NCBI GenBank assembly: GCA_021786105.1
Contig: JAJYNW010000007.1
Location: 1-27,510, forward strand
Length of the DNA: 27,510 nt
DNA from: a bacterium
GTDB lineage: Bacteria > Patescibacteriota > Microgenomatia > Daviesbacterales > UBA10151
Direction: 5' to 3'
Under the pieces are notes generated by a model. It worked only from the letters and a program-made list of their open reading frames with translations. It had not been told where the DNA came from and ran no database searches. Positions 1-7,976 of the stretch are shown here, in pieces. Position 1 is the stretch's first letter. Each line of letters opens with the position of its first letter. Position numbers and translations under genes: made by a program.

Positions 1-49
1 TCGGTACTTTCGACCAAGGCATCCACCGTATGCATTTTTGTTGAGTATT
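1..49 (-). rRNA. rrl: 23S rRNA, 5' end only (runs off the left edge)
   Basis: The minus strand reads ...TACGGTGGATGCCTTGG..., the conserved 5' motif of 23S rRNA. The 5' end (~49) is estimated by analogy with the E. coli register. Confidence 0.9.
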
Positions 50-138
50 TTTTGGCTTTTTTGTCCCGCCATAAGCGGGACCAATTTGGCCTTCATACAC
101 CATTCTACTCATCGTAGAATGGATTTTCCGTGTTCACA

Positions 139-150
139 TTTCAAAGTGCA
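139..150 (-). promoter_or_regulatory. boxA-like antitermination element upstream of 23S
   Basis: Minus-strand TGCACTTTGAAA resembles the rrn boxA consensus TGCTCTTTAACA and lies between tRNA-Ala and 23S. Confidence 0.6.
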
Positions 151-217
151 AAATTCTGGATTTGCACCCAGATTAAGTAACTTAAGTTTTTAAGCAACCT
201 AATCCGAACACAAATTT

Positions 218-293
218 TGGTGGACCGTGGCGGACTCGAACCGCCTACCTTCTCATTGCAAATGAGATGTTCTACCAGCTGAACTAACGGCCC
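218..293 (-). tRNA. tRNA-Ala(TGC), CCA encoded
   Basis: Full cloverleaf: acceptor GGGCCGT/ACGGTCC, anticodon arm TCTCA-TTTGCAA-TGAGA, T arm GGCGG-TTCGAGT-CCGCC, 3' ACCA. Confidence 0.97.
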
Positions 294-424
294 AGCAAGT
301 CGACCTCATCACTTTTTGCCTTTGGCAAAAAGCAAGCTCTGCTTATTGCACAATGAGGCGCTCTTCCCGGGAGTCATTTAGACTCCCGTTCGCCTAAAGG
401 CGAACCCAACTGAGCCATGGGCCC
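294..424 (-). pseudogene. tRNA-Ala-like element with hairpins inserted in the D loop and anticodon loop; no T arm
   Basis: Minus strand: GGGCCCATGGCTCAGTTGG-[two hairpins]-GAAGAGCG-CCTCATTGTGCAA-[hairpins]-TGATGAGG-TCGACTTGCT, running directly into tRNA-Ala. Confidence 0.6.
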
Positions 425-567
425 AACCCGAATCGCCATATTTAATTGTTAATTTTGAAAGAGGGATACAACGCTGGAATCTTCCCGCACCGAGAAGACC
501 CAGGGTGAGGGAAATTATTTACTTGGTGCGTTGCTTCTCGTCATTTGTGCATTAATCACCATTTGTG

Positions 568-596
568 AGTTTACCAAAATCACCTTGCCTTGTCAA
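568..596 (-). promoter_or_regulatory. sigma70 promoter for the tRNA-Ala/23S unit
   Basis: TTGACA-17 bp-TAAACT on the minus strand. Confidence 0.8.
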
Positions 597-661
597 TATT
601 ATTGTGTATCAAGAAAACATATAATAAAATATGTCTCCTAGAAATAATCGGGGTAGAACAT

Positions 662-1249
662 ATGGAAGTACTTTTTGTATGCGAGATGAATTTTGAAAGA
701 AGCCCTGCAGCAGAATACATTGCCAAAGCAGAAGCTGAACAAAGAGGACTACTAACGATTCAATTTTCTTCAGCCGGATTAGAGGATCCTCATTACGGGT
801 TTATGTCTGTTCCTATGAGACGCTCTCTGTACGAATTGGGCTACCCTGATCCCATTTCCCACAAACCCAGGAAGGTAACCCCTGAAATACTTTCGCGCCA
901 GGATTTAATACTCTGCTTTACAAACCACCATGTAGAACTAATTAACAATATAATAGGTGGGCAGGATCCCAGAGTACATACTTTAACAGACTTTACAGGA
1001 GAAAAAGGAGACATTCCAGCCCCCCAAGCCTTTATGAAGGATAATGTTCTATCAACAGCTGCGATGTATCTCCCTCCTGCTTGGAAAAGAAACCTCTCGG
1101 CAATACTGGGTTATGTGCATAGAGGAGACACAGAAGGAGTAGCCTTAATCCATGATAAGGTAACAAGACAAATAGAGGGGTATGTTTTGCGAGCGTTAGA
1201 TCGAATTGCTACTCAGGCACAATTCCGCTTAGATTCGCCCAATGTTTAG
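662..1249 (+). CDS. Low-molecular-weight phosphatase (LMW-PTP/ArsC fold), divergent
   Basis: VLFVC-EMNFE-RSPAAE gives a CX5R P-loop; SSAG and DLILC motifs present. ATG 662 is preferred over TTG 590 because the P-loop normally sits at the N-terminus. Overlaps the gap 3' end by 21 bp. Confidence 0.75.
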   Translation: MEVLFVCEMNFERSPAAEYIAKAEAEQRGLLTIQFSSAGLEDPHYGFMSVPMRRSLYELGYPDPISHKPRKVTPEILSRQDLILCFTNHHVELINNIIGGQDPRVHTLTDFTGEKGDIPAPQAFMKDNVLSTAAMYLPPAWKRNLSAILGYVHRGDTEGVALIHDKVTRQIEGYVLRALDRIATQAQFRLDSPNV

Positions 1250-2272
1250 AACTTGTTCAATCAACCTATTAGAATACCCATATTCATTATCATACCAGGC
1301 AAAAAGCTTAACCAAATCCCCGTCCACCACTTGAGTTAAAGGCAAATCAACGATGGCTGACTCCGACCGGCCAATAATGTCTGTGGAAACCAAAGCTCCC
1401 TCGCTGACCGCCACAATTCCCTGTAATTTTGGGTCACTGCAAGCCTCTTTGATAGCCTGGTTGACCTCCTCCACCGTAGTTTTTCTTTTCAAAACCATGG
1501 TGATATCGGAAATTGACCCCGTAATCACCGGTACCCGCAAAGCCCGGCCATCAAATACGCCTTTTAGACTCGGAATCGCTTCAGTGGTGGCAATAGCTGC
1601 CCCGGTGGTAGTGGGAATAATATTGACATAAGCAGCCCTAGCTCTTCTTAAATCATTAGACTTGCCTCCCGGCGGTGGCCCGTCTACCAAATTTTGCTCA
1701 GCTGTTACCCCGTGCACCGTAGTCATCAAAGCCTTGGCGACCCCAAATTTTTGATCCATAATGGAAACCACCGGCGCAATACAGTTGGTGGTGCAGGAAG
1801 CATTGTTAACCAGTTGCTCACCTTTGTAATTATGGGCATTCACCCCGATTAAAAGGGTTTCCACTCCCTCGCCTTTGGCCGGGGCAGACAGTACCACTTT
1901 TTTGGCTCCGGCTGTTAAATGCTGTTTCATTCCCTCGGCATCGGTAAACCGGCCGGTTGATTCAATAACTACATCCACTCCTAATTGGCCCCAGGGCAGC
2001 TTGGCCGGTTCTTTTTCAGCCAGTACTGGATATTGTTTACCATCCACTACAATATTACCGACACCTGCACTGAGCGAAGTCGAAGTGTCAGCAGTAACTT
2101 CGTGATTCCAAACCCCATAAGCAGAGTCATATTTTAAAAGGTGGGCTAAAACCGCGGGAGAAGTTAAATCATTGATGCCGACAATCTCGATCGCATCGCT
2201 ATGCTTTTCAATCGCCACTTTAAAAGCATTCCTGCCGATTCTACCAAAGCCGTTAATCCCAACTTTAACCAT
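1229..2272 (-). CDS. gap: Glyceraldehyde-3-phosphate dehydrogenase, type I
   Basis: GINGFGRIGR NAD-binding motif, catalytic ASCTTNC, WYDNEYGYS. Confidence 0.98.
   Translation of the reverse strand: MVKVGINGFGRIGRNAFKVAIEKHSDAIEIVGINDLTSPAVLAHLLKYDSAYGVWNHEVTADTSTSLSAGVGNIVVDGKQYPVLAEKEPAKLPWGQLGVDVVIESTGRFTDAEGMKQHLTAGAKKVVLSAPAKGEGVETLLIGVNAHNYKGEQLVNNASCTTNCIAPVVSIMDQKFGVAKALMTTVHGVTAEQNLVDGPPPGGKSNDLRRARAAYVNIIPTTTGAAIATTEAIPSLKGVFDGRALRVPVITGSISDITMVLKRKTTVEEVNQAIKEACSDPKLQGIVAVSEGALVSTDIIGRSESAIVDLPLTQVVDGDLVKLFAWYDNEYGYSNRLIEQVLNIGRI
2064..2087. repeat. Mini structured element inserted in frame in gap
   Basis: CAC-TGAG-CGAAG-TCGAA-GTG; adds roughly TSTSLSAG to a surface loop. The same motif occurs in pgk, the TrmH gene and next to tRNA-Cys. 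Confidence 0.65.
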
Positions 2273-2330
2273 GAAATTACATTAGAGGAAGTACAGATAA
2301 ATTTCAAGAGGGATTTTATATATCAGGCTA

Positions 2331-3608
2331 CTATGGACGAACTTTAATCACCCCGAGCTGCTGGAGCTTCTGCCTGAGCGTGGCAAAATCAATACTGTTA
2401 ACTAAACCATCACCATTCATATCTATCCCCTCTCTAATAGTTTTCTGAATATTCAAACTCGCTCTCCAATCCGTATGCAGTATGGACATATCCACCAAGT
2501 CAATCTTGCCGTCTTTATTGCCATCGCCGTTACCTCTCTTACCAGGGGTTGGCGGGCACCAACCTCCTGCCGGTTCGGGTATCTTACAGGAGACAGGTTT
2601 GGCATCCAAACAAGCCGGCCTTGGAAGACATTTTTGAACCTGGAAAGTAGCGGTATCTTGACAAGCAGGACCAAACTGACCAGGCGTTGTCACGGTTAAA
2701 GTGTAAGTTCCAGGCGTTGAAAGATTTATAAAAGCACCATTGGCAGGATTCATAGTAGCTTGAGTACAAGAACCAGTAGAAGCGAGGGGACAAACTTTTG
2801 GACCGGCAACGTTCAAGTTGACATCATTAGCTAACAAACCTGTTTCATTATGGAATCCACCTACCCTAATTTGTTCACCCAAATTGATAGTCTTAGAGCT
2901 AGCCCAAGGATCCTGCAAATTCTTTTGCACTCTGGCTTGAGTAGAACCATAAGCGCAACCGGATATAGGCCCGGATATTGGGGTGGGAGCAGGTTTAACC
3001 TCTACAGTAATATCATATCCTCTTTTAATAGTTAAGATATTAATGTTGTTTAAGTTACTCAATATTTCTGAGGAATCTGTAAATGACACCGTGCCTTTAC
3101 CTAAGGCTTTGGCTCTGAAGGTAATGGTAGCCATGAGTCCTGCTGGTCCATTAACTTGAGTTTGGTATCCCGGAGCCGGTACTCCTCCTGTCAAAGAAAT
3201 CTCTCCGGTATTGTTATCATAAAAATCCTCTACCCAATTGATGGTATTTGGCCCAAAACTTTTCCCTTCCCTAATCTCTTTAACTTCTACCAAATCTTTG
3301 GGGAAAGTCATCTTGGCAGTAAATAAATTAGCAGTTTCAATATCTGACCTGGCATATAGTTTTACTTCAAACTCTTCCTGTAAAGCATGCTGGCCATACA
3401 AAGCACATAACAAGGCATTGGCTGTACAACCAGAAGGACCAATTAAGGAAAAACTGGTCTCTGGACCGGTGGGTTTGGATAAAGCAGCTTTAGGAAGAAA
3501 ATTAAAAGGAGTTTTGGCAGTAATTAAATATACACCAACTATTAACCCTACTACCAAAAGCAGCAAAAACAATATATGGGCAATGCCACGCTCAGCTAGT
3601 TTAGGCAT
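2331..3608 (-). CDS. Exported protein with a cohesin-like domain, a Cys-rich module and a C-terminal dockerin-like (EF-hand) repeat
   Basis: N-terminus ERG-IAHILFLLLLVVG is pilin-like or a TM anchor. Cohesin-like pattern FEVKLY...TFPKDLVEV...LMATITFRAKALGKGTVSF. Paired GDGNKDGKIDLVD and DMNGDGLVNSIDF repeats. Start may be 3608 or 3626. Confidence 0.75.
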   Translation of the reverse strand: MPKLAERGIAHILFLLLLVVGLIVGVYLITAKTPFNFLPKAALSKPTGPETSFSLIGPSGCTANALLCALYGQHALQEEFEVKLYARSDIETANLFTAKMTFPKDLVEVKEIREGKSFGPNTINWVEDFYDNNTGEISLTGGVPAPGYQTQVNGPAGLMATITFRAKALGKGTVSFTDSSEILSNLNNINILTIKRGYDITVEVKPAPTPISGPISGCAYGSTQARVQKNLQDPWASSKTINLGEQIRVGGFHNETGLLANDVNLNVAGPKVCPLASTGSCTQATMNPANGAFINLSTPGTYTLTVTTPGQFGPACQDTATFQVQKCLPRPACLDAKPVSCKIPEPAGGWCPPTPGKRGNGDGNKDGKIDLVDMSILHTDWRASLNIQKTIREGIDMNGDGLVNSIDFATLRQKLQQLGVIKVRP

Positions 3609-3705
3609 GTAGATTAAGCAAAACATATAATCCTAACCTTTGTCAATACCTCAGCATTTTCTCAGCATTTGCTTTGGATGAGAAAATCTGGTAAACTATG
3701 GGATT

Positions 3706-4887
3706 ATGGTAACTGCTGAAACCCTTGATAACGGTATTTCAAGAAGAGACTTTTTATTACCCTTCGCCCGACACAAAAGACGTCACCCCAAGGTAATAAA
3801 ACCCCATTCCTCTTTAAACCAACCTAAATCTCCTAAAAGTCCATTAGTCTTAGACAGGCGTCAATTTCTATATCTTGCCGGAGGGACTGCTGCCGCCATA
3901 GCACTGGCTGCTGGCGGCATAAATCTTTGGGAATCATCTTATCAGGAAACCCTGGAATCTTTAGTGACCCAAGCCAAAAAAATGGAAGATGAGTATAAAG
4001 GCATCGATCTTGCAAATAAGGAAGCACGAAATCAATACTCAAATACCCTAGCAGATATTTTTGTTCGCTATTATCCTTTAGGCATATCTAAACAACAATT
4101 GCTTTCCTCTATCGTTTGGATTGACTCGAAAAAAGAATATGAAGAAATATTTGTTAAGAGAAACCAGGACCCTGCTTTCTCACATGATTATATAAGGAAA
4201 TTAAGTGCTGGGACTCCAGCTTTTACTATGCTCGAAGATCATAAGGTATATATTAGCACCGCAAACGATATTTTCCAAAAAAGAGTCGTCGCAGCTGATA
4301 AAAAAATTCCTCCAGACTGGAATCCCTTAAAATCATTGAGGCAAACCTTATCTCATGAGTTCAGTCATCAAATAAGTAAACCTTCGCAAGACCAAACGAT
4401 CTTTTCCATTGTTGATCCCAACAATATATATACAGATAAAGAAATTAGCGGTTTTCAGATTAAAGCATTTACCACCAAAAAAGAGCATGTGGGTCTCTTT
4501 GAATCCATAGATGAAGCATGTGTGGAATTATTATCCAAACATCTCAACACCGATTTATTCCAATCCTTTATATCAGAATACGGTACAGAGTATGGTAGCG
4601 ATAGCGTCAATAACGTCTCGGCTATTATGACTCGTCTCGAACAAGTGTTAAATGCAGCAGGAATTTCCCGCCTGGAGTTAGCTCACCTTCATCAAACTTC
4701 GGATCTTAAAGGATTTGTATTAATGCTTGCTGAACGAGGAGGCATTAATCCTCAAAAGATTGCCAAACCAGACAGAATTATGTTTGGATTTTCCCTATTC
4801 GAAGCTCTTATACAAAATAACCAAGCTATTTTACAAAATTATATGAATCGAGCTCGGTCAATCAACCCCACCAACAGCCAAAAGTAG
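3706..4887 (+). CDS. Putative membrane-anchored or exported zinc metallopeptidase (HEXXH)
   Basis: SHEFSH motif plus a downstream IDEACVE third-ligand-like Glu. Twin-arginine-like SRRDFL and DRRQFL, the second followed by a hydrophobic helix. Confidence 0.6.
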   Translation: MVTAETLDNGISRRDFLLPFARHKRRHPKVIKPHSSLNQPKSPKSPLVLDRRQFLYLAGGTAAAIALAAGGINLWESSYQETLESLVTQAKKMEDEYKGIDLANKEARNQYSNTLADIFVRYYPLGISKQQLLSSIVWIDSKKEYEEIFVKRNQDPAFSHDYIRKLSAGTPAFTMLEDHKVYISTANDIFQKRVVAADKKIPPDWNPLKSLRQTLSHEFSHQISKPSQDQTIFSIVDPNNIYTDKEISGFQIKAFTTKKEHVGLFESIDEACVELLSKHLNTDLFQSFISEYGTEYGSDSVNNVSAIMTRLEQVLNAAGISRLELAHLHQTSDLKGFVLMLAERGGINPQKIAKPDRIMFGFSLFEALIQNNQAILQNYMNRARSINPTNSQK

Positions 4888-6119
4888 ATTAAATGAGCTA
4901 TTGACTGGTTTTGGAATTGAATCCAAATCACATAGACAATCAGGGAAACCAATAATACATTTCTTCCAACGATCGTTGTATATTTTGTATTTTGTTTAAG
5001 CTTCCAAAATAACACCCCCACTAAAATCAACCAGGCCAAAAGACCGGGGAAACCGGAAAACAGCAGTAAATCTAAAAAGTAATTATGAGACCGGTCAATG
5101 CTTAATTCTTTCAAACTAATTAAAACAGGCTGAATATTGAGGTTCTCTTCAAACAAAGCATGTTTATTTTCAGTAAAATAGCGGGAAAATGAACTGCCAA
5201 TATTTTCCAAGCCATACCCCAAAAAAGGTTTTTGCCAGGCAATTTTGGCTGCCTCTGGCCAAATATAGACTCTTTTCTCCACCGATTCTCTTGTCAGATC
5301 AGGGTTCCTAGTCTGAAACGGCTGCGAAACCTCATTACCGACTATCCCAGAAGAAAACTTTAAAGCCAAAAAAATACTAATAAAAACTACTCCCAAAACC
5401 ACCAAACTCGCCCTTAGTTTAATTTTTAACTGGTCAATCAAACCCAAAATCAAAAGCATTAGGGCCAGTAAAATTGTGGATCTGGAGAAACTCACCAGAA
5501 TCCCAACCAAAGAGATTATTCCGCTCCCCCATCCCAACATCCGCAATTTTTTGTTCTCATTTTTAAACAGGAAATAAGAGAAAGGCAAAGTCAGCACTAA
5601 AAACCCGGCATAAAAATTAGGTTGTCCAAAGGTAGAAACCACCCGGCCGGCATAAGTGGGAATCGGTGCCTGGAAAAAATCAATTGCCACCCATTGCCTG
5701 ATGGCACAAACACTCACCAAACTTCCAGAAAGAACCAAAACAGAAGCATAATCGCGCACACTAATCTTACTTGAGGCCACCAACACCGAAAATAATCCCA
5801 AATAAGCATAAATTAACCAGCCTTGGAAATACGGATCACTGCCCAAAAAACTCTGCCTTAAATCCATTCCCAGAATCGAAGCAACCAGCAATATCAAAAT
5901 AAACACTAACGAGACTATTTTTACCAAGCTCCACTTTAACTCCGGTTTACCCAACAACCAAATAAACCCGGCTAAGCTGGTGCTAAATATAAAAAATATA
6001 ACTTTGATTTGTTCGTACCCAAAGGCGTTGCTGGCGCCAAGCAGCGGAATTAAAAAGATTACAAATAGGAGTAATGTTTTTACTAAAGAATTATTGTTCA
6101 AAACAATATAGTGCTGCAT
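4839..6119 (-). CDS. O-antigen ligase (Wzy_C/WaaL/PglL-like) family polytopic membrane protein
   Basis: Many TM helices; STFGQPNFYAGFL, SFSRS, R..IW...KPFLGYG and DRSHNYFLD motifs. Start uncertain. Confidence 0.85.
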   Translation of the reverse strand: MQHYIVLNNNSLVKTLLLFVIFLIPLLGASNAFGYEQIKVIFFIFSTSLAGFIWLLGKPELKWSLVKIVSLVFILILLVASILGMDLRQSFLGSDPYFQGWLIYAYLGLFSVLVASSKISVRDYASVLVLSGSLVSVCAIRQWVAIDFFQAPIPTYAGRVVSTFGQPNFYAGFLVLTLPFSYFLFKNENKKLRMLGWGSGIISLVGILVSFSRSTILLALMLLILGLIDQLKIKLRASLVVLGVVFISIFLALKFSSGIVGNEVSQPFQTRNPDLTRESVEKRVYIWPEAAKIAWQKPFLGYGLENIGSSFSRYFTENKHALFEENLNIQPVLISLKELSIDRSHNYFLDLLLFSGFPGLLAWLILVGVLFWKLKQNTKYTTIVGRNVLLVSLIVYVIWIQFQNQSIAHLIYFWLLVGLIDRARFI

Positions 6120-6846
6120 TTGAAGAACACGAATAATCCGGGTTTACACCCCGGGTCCAATAAGCAGTTACAGCATTAATCTCCCCTGCTTGTCCTTTAA
6201 ACAGAAATAGATTGTTTGTCCAGTTCAAACAGTTGTTATAACCATTATTACCTGATACATCTGTTCCCGTCCAGGCCGCAGCAACATAATTAGTTCTATC
6301 TTTGCCTGCCTCATCTAAAACAATTTTATTCTGTAAGGTGCCACCAGTAAGATCTATCCAATTGTTAGCTATAATCGAGCCATCCAATCTCAGGTATGGC
6401 ACATTAGAGTGTGTCAGTCGCTTCTGGGCTAAGGTAGTAGAATCAGATAGCCAGGCTTTCCAAACTCCACCTAATTTAGCTGCATCAGCCCTGGCCTGAC
6501 ATTTAGCATCTGCCCCAGCCAAACCACCCAAATTTCCATTATACGCACTGCTTGTCACAAAAACTCTTTTATACGAACCAGAAACAGGCATGAGATCAGA
6601 ATAAGCAGGAACCACAGAAGTTACAACTTCCTGAGCTTTTGACTGAGATTTAGGATATAAAACACTAAATAAACTATCCTTAAAAGGAGCAGCTACAGCT
6701 ATGAACATAAAAAGCAGCACTCCAAACCCGGAAAGAGCAATAAGAAATTTAGTAGTTCTGTCATTCTGTTTGGATAACTCGGTTAAGGGGTCTTTTTTCT
6801 TTGGTGTTTTATTAAAAGGGTTTTCTAAATCATCAAAAAAATTCAT
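6091..6846 (-). CDS. Membrane-anchored DUF1554 (endostatin-like) domain protein
   Basis: One TM helix, then RVFVTSSAYNGNLGGLAGADAKCQARA...WKAWLS...WTG...LYCFEQ. Confidence 0.75.
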   Translation of the reverse strand: MNFFDDLENPFNKTPKKKDPLTELSKQNDRTTKFLIALSGFGVLLFMFIAVAAPFKDSLFSVLYPKSQSKAQEVVTSVVPAYSDLMPVSGSYKRVFVTSSAYNGNLGGLAGADAKCQARADAAKLGGVWKAWLSDSTTLAQKRLTHSNVPYLRLDGSIIANNWIDLTGGTLQNKIVLDEAGKDRTNYVAAAWTGTDVSGNNGYNNCLNWTNNLFLFKGQAGEINAVTAYWTRGVNPDYSCSSNAALYCFEQ

Positions 6847-7877
6847 TGTAAAACCTCAATTGTGGGCAGCGTTCCCTCGGCCAAAAACTTCAGCATGGCT
6901 CCGCCGCCAACTGACACAAATGCTTTCTCCTCAGCTTTTTGCAGTAACCCATATTGACCAAGAGCAGCCACTGAATCTCCCCCACCGATCACTACCTCAG
7001 CCGCGGAATCTAAAATCATGTGGGCAATTTTTTCCGTCTGATTATTTTTCGGATCCTCAAATTTACCAACCGGTCCGTTCCAAATAATTTCTGCCGCCCG
7101 AGAAATCAAATCACCCCAAGCTTGGGTAGCCTGAGATGAAATATCCAACCCATCTTCCGACAGCATTCCCACCATCACATTTTTCGGCATTTGCAAATTC
7201 TGCTCCCGAATCTCGCTAATAAGCTTGCCACCCACCAACACCGCATCAGCCTTACCTGCCAATATGGTGATCACCGGCAGTTTATCAACCACTTTAGCTC
7301 CCCCCATAATGGCAATAAACGGCTTTTTAGGATCATCCCTCACCTCAGTCAGCTTCTCTACCTCCTGGGCAAAATGGATGCCGGCGGCATGAGGCAACAG
7401 TGTCGGCACTACAGTAGTAGAAGCGCCTTTATTGTAGGAAGAAAATGCCTCGTTTATATACACCTCGCCTAAACCAGCCAGTTTACGGGCAAAATCCATA
7501 TCACCTTCTGCTTCCCCTGGGAAGAAACGGATATTATCCAAAAGGACAATTTTATTTGTCGAGGCTGCCGCCTGCTCCAAGCTTTCGGCAAAATCCACTG
7601 TGATTCCTAAAACTTGCTGCAACCACTCTTGAATCGGCTTAGCACTCATTTCCGGGCTTTTCTGTCCGCCCTCCGGCCGGCCTAAATGACCTACCACCAC
7701 TACCTTGTCAGCATTTTCCAAACACAACCTAAGAGTATCCAGTCCAGCCCTGAGCTTAAAATCCTCACCTACTCCAAGTTTACCCTGAGCGAGCGAAGCG
7801 AGTCGAAGGGCCACATCAATGTCATACCTTAGAAGAACTTTTTTCCCTTTGACAAATTCAGAAGTAACAACCTGCAT
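6843..7877 (-). CDS. pgk: Phosphoglycerate kinase (short, divergent)
   Basis: GKKVLLRYD, GHLGRP, GGAKVVDK, WNGPVGKFE, GGGDS and SVGGGAML motifs. Confidence 0.92.
   Translation of the reverse strand: MQVVTSEFVKGKKVLLRYDIDVALRLASLAQGKLGVGEDFKLRAGLDTLRLCLENADKVVVVGHLGRPEGGQKSPEMSAKPIQEWLQQVLGITVDFAESLEQAAASTNKIVLLDNIRFFPGEAEGDMDFARKLAGLGEVYINEAFSSYNKGASTTVVPTLLPHAAGIHFAQEVEKLTEVRDDPKKPFIAIMGGAKVVDKLPVITILAGKADAVLVGGKLISEIREQNLQMPKNVMVGMLSEDGLDISSQATQAWGDLISRAAEIIWNGPVGKFEDPKNNQTEKIAHMILDSAAEVVIGGGDSVAALGQYGLLQKAEEKAFVSVGGGAMLKFLAEGTLPTIEVLQ
7779..7810. repeat. Mini structured element inserted in frame in pgk
   Basis: CCC-TGAG-CGAGCGAAGCGAG-TCGAA-GGG; translates as LRLASLAQGK in the pgk frame. 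Confidence 0.7.
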
Positions 7878-7896
7878 AAAAATAGATTACCATATT

Positions 7897-7976
7897 TGTC
7901 ATTACGAAGCCACGAAATGGCTGTGGCAATCTAGATTAAGAAAGCTTCCCACGTCGCTTCGCTCCTCGGAATAACA
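7897..7976. repeat. REP/RPE-like palindromic element (TGTCAT...ATAACA)
   Basis: Its inverted termini resemble those at 16349-16421 and 21211-21268. It supplies the C-terminal LFRGAKRRGKLS of the 7936-9591 CDS. Confidence 0.6.

Noticed and set aside
155-172. T-arm-like hairpin (TCTGGGTGCAAATCCAGA, minus strand) as the missing 3' half of the tRNA-Ala-like element, which would make a second nested tRNA
   Set aside because: The loop is not TTCRA and no complementary acceptor strand (TGGGCCC) follows.
590-661. N-terminal ORF extensions in the track (590, 16760, 21136, 25900, 25912)
   Set aside because: They overlap predicted promoters or neighbouring genes; downstream ATGs fit the family N-termini and -10 spacing better.
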